DNA of 64,000 nucleotides from an uncultured Chitinophaga sp. (lineage in GTDB: Bacteria > Bacteroidota > Bacteroidia > 2-12-FULL-35-15), in the NCBI GenBank assembly GCA_964549315.1, contig CAZJUY010000004.1, positions 64,268-128,267 on the forward strand, in the 5' to 3' direction. Positions within the stretch are counted from its first letter, which is position 1; the number at the start of each line of letters is the position of its first letter. Shown piece by piece: positions 56,278-64,000 of this stretch. A program made the translations under genes and the position numbers. The notes under the pieces were generated by a model. The model was not told the DNA's origin, searched no databases, and worked only from the letters and a program-made list of their open reading frames with translations.

Positions 56278-58428
56278 ATGTCAAAAATTGGAATTACACA
56301 CACGTTTGCATTAGCTGATGGACGTGAAATTAGTTTAGAAACTGGAAAATTAGCTAAACAAGCAGATGGTTCGGTAGTAGTAAAAATGGGTGATACAATG
56401 TTGTTAGCAACAATTGTGTCAAACAAAGATGCAAAAGAAGGAACAGATTTTTTACCATTATCTGTTGATTATCAAGAAAAATTTGCGGCTGCTGGCCGTT
56501 TCCCTGGAGGATTTTTTAAACGTGAAGCAAGAATATCGGATTATGAAGTATTGATTTGCCGTTTGGTTGATCGTGCTTTACGCCCGCTTTTCCCTTCTGA
56601 TTATCATTCAGATACACAAGTATTAATTTCTTTAATATCAGGAGATAAGAATACAATGCCCGATGCATTAGCATGCTTAGCTGCTTCTGCTGCAATTGCG
56701 GTTTCAGATATTCCGTTTGACGGGCCTGTATCTGAAGTACGTGTTGGAAAAATTGATGGAAAACTAACAATCAACCCAACAGTTGAAGAATTAGAAAAAT
56801 CAAGTTTAGATATGATTATTGCTGCTTCTGCAAAAGATATTATGATGGTAGAAGGGGAGATGAATGAAATTTCTGAAGCAGAAATGTTGGAAGCAATAAA
56901 ATTTGGTCACGAAGCAATAAAATTACAGATAAATGCAATTAATGAATTGGTTGCTAAAGTAGAAGCTGTTAAAGGTAAAATCGTTAAACGTGAATACAAT
57001 CACGAAACAAATGATGCTGAATTAAAAGAGCGCATTTATAAAGCACTTTACGATAAAGCATATGCTGTTGCAAAATCACAAAATCCAAATAAAAAAGAAC
57101 GTGGTGCTGCTTTTAAAGCGGTAGTAACTGAATTTTTAGATTCATTGCCTGAAGAAGAAAGAGCAACTATTAACGAAGGCTTGGTAAAAAAATATTACCA
57201 TGAAGTAGAGTATGATGCTGTTCGTAGATTTGTATTGGATGAAAGAGCTCGTTTAGATGGACGTAAAACAAATGAAATTCGTCCTATTTGGAGCGAAATT
57301 GGCTATTTGCCATCTGCTCACGGTTCTGCTGTATTTACACGTGGCGAAACACAATCATTAACTTCGGTAACATTAGGAACTAAGTTAGATTTACAATCTA
57401 TTGATAGAGCTTTATACCAAGGACAAAATAACTTTATGTTGCATTATAACTTCCCTGCTTTTTCTACAGGTGAAGTAAAACCAAATCGTGGACCTGGAAG
57501 ACGTGAAGTAGGACATGGTAATTTGGCTGAGCGTGCTTTGAAAAAAGTTCTTTCTCCAGAAAATCCTTATACTGTTCGTGTTGTTTCTGATATTTTAGAA
57601 TCAAATGGTTCTTCATCTATGGCAACTGTTTGTGCTGGAACATTAGCATTAATGGATGCAGGTGTAAAAATTACAAAACCAGTTTCAGGTATTGCAATGG
57701 GATTGATTACAGATGATAAAGGAAAATATGCTATTCTTTCTGATATTTTAGGAGATGAAGATCATTTAGGTGATATGGATTTTAAAGTAACTGGAACAAA
57801 GGATGGTATTACTGCTTGTCAAATGGATTTAAAAGTAGATGGATTACCATACGAAGTAATGGCTGAAGCATTGGAACAAGCAAAGCAAGGTCGTTTACAT
57901 ATTTTAGGTGAAATGACAAAAACTATTTCTGCTCCACGTGAAGATTACAAACCTCATGCTCCACGTATTGTTAAAATGACAATACCTAAAGAGTTTATTG
58001 GTGCTGTAATTGGGCCAGGCGGAAAAATCATTCAAGAAATGCAACGGGAAACAGGTGCTACCATTGTAATTGAAGAAAAAGATGGAATGGGACATATTGA
58101 TATTGTTGCTGTGGATAAAGAAAAAATAGATGCGGTATTAGCTAAAATAAAAGGTATTGTAGCACAACCAGAAGTGGGTGAAGTATATGAGGGAAAAGTA
58201 AAATCAATCATGGCATTTGGTGCTTTTGTTGAGTTTATGCCAGGTAAAGATGGTTTATTACATATCTCGGAAATAAATCATTCTCGTTTAGAAACAATGG
58301 ATGGTGTATTTAAAGAAGGAGAAAAAGTGCAAGTGAAATTAATTGGAGTGGATCCTAAAACAGGAAAATTCAAATTATCGCGCAAAGCTTTGTTGCCAAA
58401 ACCGGAACAAACTACTGCACAAAATTAA
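56278..58428 (+). CDS. pnp: Polyribonucleotide nucleotidyltransferase (PNPase)
   Basis: It has two RNase PH domains, plus KH (GPGGKIIQE) and S1 ([15 protein letters not shown]) domains. The length is 716 aa. Confidence 0.95.
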   Translation: MSKIGITHTFALADGREISLETGKLAKQADGSVVVKMGDTMLLATIVSNKDAKEGTDFLPLSVDYQEKFAAAGRFPGGFFKREARISDYEVLICRLVDRALRPLFPSDYHSDTQVLISLISGDKNTMPDALACLAASAAIAVSDIPFDGPVSEVRVGKIDGKLTINPTVEELEKSSLDMIIAASAKDIMMVEGEMNEISEAEMLEAIKFGHEAIKLQINAINELVAKVEAVKGKIVKREYNHETNDAELKERIYKALYDKAYAVAKSQNPNKKERGAAFKAVVTEFLDSLPEEERATINEGLVKKYYHEVEYDAVRRFVLDERARLDGRKTNEIRPIWSEIGYLPSAHGSAVFTRGETQSLTSVTLGTKLDLQSIDRALYQGQNNFMLHYNFPAFSTGEVKPNRGPGRREVGHGNLAERALKKVLSPENPYTVRVVSDILESNGSSSMATVCAGTLALMDAGVKITKPVSGIAMGLITDDKGKYAILSDILGDEDHLGDMDFKVTGTKDGITACQMDLKVDGLPYEVMAEALEQAKQGRLHILGEMTKTISAPREDYKPHAPRIVKMTIPKEFIGAVIGPGGKIIQEMQRETGATIVIEEKDGMGHIDIVAVDKEKIDAVLAKIKGIVAQPEVGEVYEGKVKSIMAFGAFVEFMPGKDGLLHISEINHSRLETMDGVFKEGEKVQVKLIGVDPKTGKFKLSRKALLPKPEQTTAQN

Positions 58429-58434
58429 AGTTGA

Positions 58435-58463
58435 AAGCCTCACAAATTTGTGAGGCTTTTTTT
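58435..58463 (+). terminator. Rho-independent terminator after pnp
   Basis: The hairpin aagcctcacaaatttgtgaggctt is followed by ttttt. Confidence 0.75.
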
Positions 58464-58525
58464 ATGATTTGGTTTTTATATATTTGGGAAAGCTTTTTTA
58501 GTAATCTAAAAAACAGGTAACAATA

Positions 58526-60196
58526 ATGCAAGAACAAAAAATATATATTCCAAAAAGGAGCAAAAAAACTTTAGCAACAATTATATTGCTTGTATGCAGT
58601 GTTTGTGGTTTTTCTCAGCAGTATAAAATAGATTCACTGAAAAATGTATTGCGTACAGCAAAGGCTGATACAAACAAGGTTATTACATGGAATTTATTAA
58701 CCAAAAATGTAATGGCTATTGGTAACTATGATAGTGCCTTGGTTTGCGCCAACGATGCACTTGCATTATCAAATTCACTTATTGGTAAATCTACCAATAC
58801 CGAAGTTCTTATAACATTAAAAAAAGGAGCAGCTATTGCAATTACAAATATTGGAATTATACATTGGGCACATTCCGATTTTGAACTGGCTCTTAAAAAT
58901 TATTATGAAGCTTTATATATTAGGGAAAGTATAAATGATAAAAATGCAATAGCTGGTTCGTATAACAATATTGCAAACGTACATTCGCAACAGGGTAATT
59001 ATGGCGAAGCATTGAAAAATCAATTTATTGTTTTAAAAATTAGAGAGGAAATAGCAAAAGAATCACCAAACGATGCAACAAATAAAAAAGGTCTAGCAGC
59101 ATCTTACAACAATATTGGTAGTATTTATTGGAATCAAGGTAGTTACCCAGAAGCGCTAAAAAATTATTTAAATGCATTAAAATTATTTGAAGAATTAGGA
59201 GATGTTAGAGGAACATCTAGTGCTTATGATGGAATTGGTATAGTCTATTACAGTCAGCATAATTATGATGAAGCATTAAAAAATCAAACAAAAGCCTTGA
59301 AAATAAAAGAAGAATTAGGAGATAAATTTGGGCTAGCTGCTACTTATAATAACATAGGGGGTATTTGTGAAGAAAAAGGTGATTATGAACAAGCCTTGAA
59401 AAACTATACTCAATCATTAAGAATAAGAGAAGAGTTGGGTGATCAGCAAGGAATTGCTGGGGCTTATGCCAATATAGCTAACATAAGTTTGCGAGATGGG
59501 AATTATCAAAGCGGCATAGAAAATCTAAATAAAGCGCTTAAAATTTTAGAAACAATTGGCGACCAACAGGGAATTGCTTCTATATACAACGACTTTGGCA
59601 GTGCATTTTTAAATAAGAAGGGTGCTACAGAGTCAGATTTGACACAAGCTATAACGTATTTTGAAAAATCTTTGCCGCTTGCCAAAACAGTGGGTAGCAA
59701 AGAAGATATTAAATCGAGTTACGAAGGGCTTGCTTCAGCATTTGAAAAAAAAGCATTTATTAATAAAGGGAATGCTGCCTACTGGGAAAAATCACATTTG
59801 TACTATAAACAATTTATTCTTTATCGTGATAGCTTAGTAAATGAGGAGAATACTAAAAAAACGGTTCAAGCTCAAATGAATTATGAGTTTGATAAAAAAG
59901 AAGAGAATGCAAAAATTGAACAAGCAAAAAAAGATGTAATTGTTCAAGAGGAAAAACAAAAACAAAAATTAATAACTTGGTTTGTTGCAGCAGGGTTATT
60001 GTTTATGGTGATATTTGCAATCTTCATATTTAAATCGTTAAAAACTACGCGAAGTCAAAAACAAATTATAGAAAAACAAAAAGAAACAGTTGAAGAAAAA
60101 CAAAAAGAAATAATAGATAGTATTAATTACGCCAAACGAATACAACAATCTATTTTGCCAACAGAGACGTATATAAATAAAAATTTACCACATTAA
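58526..60196 (+). CDS. TPR-repeat protein with signal peptide and one TM helix, ending with the SpoIIE-leader helix (third copy)
   Basis: It has ~8 TPR units (AYNNIGN...GNYxEALKNY pattern) and a TM helix, ITWFVAAGLLFMVIFAIFIF. The C-terminus is EKQKEIIDSINYAKRIQQSILPTETYINKNLPH. Confidence 0.65.
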   Translation: MQEQKIYIPKRSKKTLATIILLVCSVCGFSQQYKIDSLKNVLRTAKADTNKVITWNLLTKNVMAIGNYDSALVCANDALALSNSLIGKSTNTEVLITLKKGAAIAITNIGIIHWAHSDFELALKNYYEALYIRESINDKNAIAGSYNNIANVHSQQGNYGEALKNQFIVLKIREEIAKESPNDATNKKGLAASYNNIGSIYWNQGSYPEALKNYLNALKLFEELGDVRGTSSAYDGIGIVYYSQHNYDEALKNQTKALKIKEELGDKFGLAATYNNIGGICEEKGDYEQALKNYTQSLRIREELGDQQGIAGAYANIANISLRDGNYQSGIENLNKALKILETIGDQQGIASIYNDFGSAFLNKKGATESDLTQAITYFEKSLPLAKTVGSKEDIKSSYEGLASAFEKKAFINKGNAAYWEKSHLYYKQFILYRDSLVNEENTKKTVQAQMNYEFDKKEENAKIEQAKKDVIVQEEKQKQKLITWFVAAGLLFMVIFAIFIFKSLKTTRSQKQIIEKQKETVEEKQKEIIDSINYAKRIQQSILPTETYINKNLPH

Positions 60197-60203
60197 ATAA
60201 AAA

Positions 60204-60659
60204 ATGAAAACACCTCTAACAATTGTAAATACAATAACACTTCATGCAAGTGTTTCAAAAGTTTGGGATGCACTCGTAAATCCTGAACAAACACAAAAGT
60301 ATATGTTTGGCTGTAAAGCATTATCTGATTGGAAAGTAGGTAGCCCATTGCTTTGGGAAGGAACTTATGAAGGCAATACAATGGTATTTGTAAAAGGAAA
60401 TATAGTGAGTTTTGAGCCTGAAAAATTATTAGCTTATACTGTTATTGACCCAAATAATCCTGCAATTGCAGATATTCCTGAAAATTATTTAACAGTTACT
60501 TATAGTTTAGAATCAACAAATGGACAAACCGTTTTAACTGTTACCCAAGGTGATTATAATAAAGTAGCCGAAGGAGAAAAACGTTATCAAGAATCTTATA
60601 ATAACGGTGAAGGCTGGAATCCAATTTTGCTGGAGATAAAAAAATTGGTGGAGGGTTAG
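60204..60659 (+). CDS. SRPBCC (AHSA1/START-like) domain protein
   Basis: ITLHASVSKVWDALVNPEQTQKYMFG resembles the Aha1_N/polyketide-cyclase fold signature. Confidence 0.6.
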   Translation: MKTPLTIVNTITLHASVSKVWDALVNPEQTQKYMFGCKALSDWKVGSPLLWEGTYEGNTMVFVKGNIVSFEPEKLLAYTVIDPNNPAIADIPENYLTVTYSLESTNGQTVLTVTQGDYNKVAEGEKRYQESYNNGEGWNPILLEIKKLVEG

Positions 60660-61066
60660 TATTCTCTTTCATAAGAATTACCAGCTTTAACTTTAAAATT
60701 TTTCCATTTAATAGTTTTTCCTGATTTTTCTTTTACTGTTATGTCACTAAAAAACAGTGTAGTGCCGCTATCTAATCTGCTGAGTTGGTATTGCATTTGT
60801 TTTGAGAGGGTATTGCCATTTGTAAGTTCATCGTAAGCAATACCTTTTATTGTAACTTTTATTCTAAATTGAGTAACACAAGAATCTAAAATATTTCCGT
60901 ATTCATCTTTGCCAATTAACCTAAAGTAAACTTCATCATACATTACGGCATAAACATTTCCTTTTTTTTGAATTTTTATAGTTCCTTTATAAGCTGAAGT
61001 ATCATTTTGTGAAAACACATAGTTGCTTAATAATAAGAATAGAAATAAAGGGAAAAGTTTTTTCAT
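60656..61066 (-). CDS. Small secreted hypothetical protein (136 aa)
   Basis: It has a signal peptide ending ...VFSQ. No family is recognised. Confidence 0.4.
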   Translation of the reverse strand: MKKLFPLFLFLLLSNYVFSQNDTSAYKGTIKIQKKGNVYAVMYDEVYFRLIGKDEYGNILDSCVTQFRIKVTIKGIAYDELTNGNTLSKQMQYQLSRLDSGTTLFFSDITVKEKSGKTIKWKNFKVKAGNSYEREY

Positions 61067-61136
61067 ACAATAAATGCTTCCAAATACGAGACCAAATTTA
61101 ACTTAATATTTTAAATACCTTTGCATTCATACTATT

Positions 61137-61580
61137 ATGGACCAACTTAACTTACCTAAATACAATTTAAAAATTGTGAAAGAAAACAATCAAACCAAAG
61201 TGTTTGATGTGGTTCGTAAAAAATATGTTGTTTTAACACCCGAAGAATGGGTAAGACAAAATTTTATCCATTATTTGATAAATGAAAAACAATATCCTCA
61301 GTCACTCATTGCTGTGGAAGCAAGTTTAAAATATAACACCTTACAAAAAAGAGCTGATATTGTAATTTACAACAAATTAGGACAAGCTACAATTTTGGTT
61401 GAATGCAAAGCAGCAAGTGTTAAAATTACGGAAGACACCTTTCATCAAGCAGCTGTTTATAATATGAATTTTAGAGTGAATTTCATGATACTTACAAATG
61501 GAATAAATCATTATTGTTGCCAAATGAATTATGAAGAAAAAACCTACCTTTTTTTGTCGCAAATACCTGATTTTGAGTAA
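61137..61580 (+). CDS. Type I restriction enzyme HsdR N-terminal domain-like protein (stand-alone)
   Basis: EEWVRQNFIHYL...ADIVIYNKLGQATILVECKA has a PD-(D/E)xK-like D...ExK arrangement typical of HSDR_N_2. Confidence 0.5.
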   Translation: MDQLNLPKYNLKIVKENNQTKVFDVVRKKYVVLTPEEWVRQNFIHYLINEKQYPQSLIAVEASLKYNTLQKRADIVIYNKLGQATILVECKAASVKITEDTFHQAAVYNMNFRVNFMILTNGINHYCCQMNYEEKTYLFLSQIPDFE

Positions 61581-61641
61581 AATTTGTTTTTTCACAAAAC
61601 ATTTGTACATTGCATTAAATTAACCTCTAAACCAAAATCAA

Positions 61642-64000
61642 ATGCTACAATCAATCAAAAATGCAAGTCGTATTTTTTTGCTTTTACTTGTGCCAACAAT
61701 GGCATTTTCACAAGCATTTAAATTGTCGCCAACATTAAATGCTAGCGACTATATGGAAAAAACCATTATTGTAAAAGTATTGCCTCAATACCGTTCTTGG
61801 TGTTCTGATAATAAGATTGATATAGCTGTTTTTAACCAATTGTTTGGTAGTGTTGGTGGTGCTCAATTGGCTAAAAAATTCCCAACAATTAAAGCACCAG
61901 AACAAATGTATAATGAGCGTGGCGAAAAGCTTGCGGACTTATCATTAGTTTATGAGTTTAAATTTTCTATCAATGTATCCTTAGAAAAAGTAATAAATAA
62001 GTTTATAGGCTTAAAATTGTTTGAATATGTGGAGCCACATTATATTCCTCGTGTTGAATTTACTCCGAATGATACAAATTTTGGTTTGCAATGGGGGATG
62101 ACAAATATTCAAGCTGAAAATGCTTGGGGTGTAAATACTACAACTGCTCGTGGCGATACAAATGTGGTAATAGGGATAACTGATACTGGTGTAGAATTAT
62201 TACATAATGATTTACGCTACAAAATAAAATACAACTACGCTGATCCTATAAATGGTTCAGATGATGATGGAGATGGTTACGTAGATAATTTCAGAGGATG
62301 GGATGTTGGAACGAATGATAACGATCCAACTTGGCAAGGAAATGCACATGGTGTGCATGTGAGTGGTATTGCAGCAGCTAGTACAAATAATGCACTTGGT
62401 GTTGCTGGCACAGGATTTAATTGTAAATTTTTGCCAATTAAAATTGCTGATGCAACAGGAGCATTAGTAGCTGCTTATGATGGAATTACCTATGCAGCTG
62501 ACCATGGTTGTTCAGTTATCAACTGCTCTTGGGGCGGTGGCGGAGGTGGTCAATTCGGACAAGATGTTATCACTTATGCTACAATTAACAAAAACGCTTT
62601 AGTTGTGGCAGCAGCTGGAAACAATAATTTAGATGAAGCTTTTTATCCAGCAGCATATCAATATGTAATAAGTGTTGCAAATACAAAAACAGATGATAGA
62701 AAAGCAACTTCTTCAAACTTCAATTATACAATTGATGTAGGAGCACCAGGAGAAAATATTTACAATACCTGGAGCGGTGGTGGTTATACTTATAATTCTG
62801 GAACTTCAATGGCATCACCTTGTGCTGCTGGTGCTTGTGCAATAATAAAATCTTTTTATCCAACTTATACTGCTTTACAAGTAGGAGAACGTTTAAAAAC
62901 AACTACTGATATTTATCCATCAATGAGTCCTATTTATACAAACAAGCTAGGGACAGGACGCATAAATATGTATAAATCATTAACAAATACATTATCACCT
63001 TCTGTTGTTATGACAACCAGAACAGAAACAGATAATAATGATAACACATTTGTAATAGGAGATACTTTGCGTATTAGAGGGGTTTATACAAATTATTTAG
63101 CCCCAACAACAAATTTAACTGCTACATTAACTACTACATCAGCATTTGTTACAATAATTGATGGAACTACCACATTAGGAGCTGTTTCAACACTCGGGAC
63201 TGCAAATAATAATGGAGATCCTTACACAGTTAGAATTAATTCTGGAACACCTGCAAATACTGCAGTCATTTTTAAATTGACTTATACAGATGCTGCTACT
63301 AGTTATACTGCTGTGCAGTTTTTTACTATAACTGTGAATGTGGATTATGTTAACATTACAATTAACGATGTGGCTACTAGTATAGGAAGTAATGGTCGTG
63401 TTGGTTACAGTCAGTACGGACAAGCAGGTGGCTTAGGTTTCAATTACATGGGAGCAGGAACATTGTTGTATGAAGGCGGTTTAATGATCGGGACAAGTAC
63501 AACAAAAGTGTCTGATGGAGTAAGAGGAACAGGTGCAGCTGCAGATGCTGATTTTGTTTCAACTGTTGCAGCCCGCCAAATTATTCCTGCTGTTTTTTCA
63601 GAGTTCGATGTGGATGGAACCTTTAATGATGCTGGTTCCACTGCACCACTTCCTGTAAGTGTTCATCATAAAGCATTTGCATGGAGTACTCCTGGGAATA
63701 GAAAATATGTAATTGTTCAATATGTGATTAAAAATACTGGAACTACGGCATTAAGTAGCTTGTATGCTGGTATTTTTGCTGACTGGGATATTGATGCTGC
63801 AACATTTGGTTCGAATAGAGCAGAATTTGATGCTGCTTTAAGAATGGGTTATGCATATTATACTGGAACTGCTGGTAAATATTGTGGAATAAAACTTTTA
63901 ACAACATCAGCTCCAGTTGTTCATTATGCTGTAGATAATTTAGCTGGTGGTGGCGGAGGTGCTGATTTGTCAGATGGATATACTACTGATGAAAAATATT
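61642..64000 (+). CDS. S8 family subtilisin-like serine peptidase, 3' partial (it runs off the window)
   Basis: The ORF is open from the ATG at 61642 to the window end, so it is absent from the ORF track. The catalytic triad context is VVIGITDTGV (Asp), HGVHVSGIAAA (His) and GTSMASPCAAG (Ser). It has a signal peptide. Confidence 0.8.
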   Translation, partial: MLQSIKNASRIFLLLLVPTMAFSQAFKLSPTLNASDYMEKTIIVKVLPQYRSWCSDNKIDIAVFNQLFGSVGGAQLAKKFPTIKAPEQMYNERGEKLADLSLVYEFKFSINVSLEKVINKFIGLKLFEYVEPHYIPRVEFTPNDTNFGLQWGMTNIQAENAWGVNTTTARGDTNVVIGITDTGVELLHNDLRYKIKYNYADPINGSDDDGDGYVDNFRGWDVGTNDNDPTWQGNAHGVHVSGIAAASTNNALGVAGTGFNCKFLPIKIADATGALVAAYDGITYAADHGCSVINCSWGGGGGGQFGQDVITYATINKNALVVAAAGNNNLDEAFYPAAYQYVISVANTKTDDRKATSSNFNYTIDVGAPGENIYNTWSGGGYTYNSGTSMASPCAAGACAIIKSFYPTYTALQVGERLKTTTDIYPSMSPIYTNKLGTGRINMYKSLTNTLSPSVVMTTRTETDNNDNTFVIGDTLRIRGVYTNYLAPTTNLTATLTTTSAFVTIIDGTTTLGAVSTLGTANNNGDPYTVRINSGTPANTAVIFKLTYTDAATSYTAVQFFTITVNVDYVNITINDVATSIGSNGRVGYSQYGQAGGLGFNYMGAGTLLYEGGLMIGTSTTKVSDGVRGTGAAADADFVSTVAARQIIPAVFSEFDVDGTFNDAGSTAPLPVSVHHKAFAWSTPGNRKYVIVQYVIKNTGTTALSSLYAGIFADWDIDAATFGSNRAEFDAALRMGYAYYTGTAGKYCGIKLLTTSAPVVHYAVDNLAGGGGGADLSDGYTTDEKY

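Overview
This is an AT-rich chromosomal segment, most likely from a Bacteroidota (Flavobacteriia/Cytophagia-like) genome. The taxonomic call rests on T9SS type A and type B C-terminal sorting domains, a PorP/SprF gene, the rarity of Shine-Dalgarno sequences, and TAnnTTTG-type promoter motifs. Housekeeping genes present are alaS, accD, rpsO-pnp, coaD, a class I fructose-bisphosphate aldolase and a cspA-like gene. These are interleaved with accessory content. The accessory content comprises (i) a 5' partial T9SS type-B adhesin gene, followed by an intact IS1595-family element carrying two passenger ORFs, inserted between two T9SS cargo genes. (ii) Two adjacent sensor-like proteins (TPR/TM and 7TM), plus a third copy 52 kb away, that all stop at the same point at the entrance of a SpoIIE/PP2C phosphatase domain. 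(iii) A 1760-aa SprB-like gliding adhesin with ten 84-aa tandem repeats, followed by its PorP/SprF partner and a PD40/OmpA protein. (iv) An ~11 kb glycan locus encoding a pseudaminic-acid pathway (pseB, pseG, pseH, pseI and an SpsF/PseF-like cytidylyltransferase, with no pseC in the window). It also contains a PhyH-like dioxygenase, two methyltransferases, a CatB-like acetyltransferase, a CstII-like GNGPSL protein, a GT2 and a Wzx flippase. (v) A GIY-YIG nuclease gene bracketed by 28-bp inverted repeats. (vi) A thiol-redox trio (BshB1-like deacetylase, TauE/SafE, glutathione peroxidase). (vii) Several secreted peptidases (M23, two M42-like, M43 with a T9SS tail, a 3' partial S8). No rRNA, tRNA or CRISPR array was recognised. 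All protein calls rest on motifs read from the translations, since no database search could be run.
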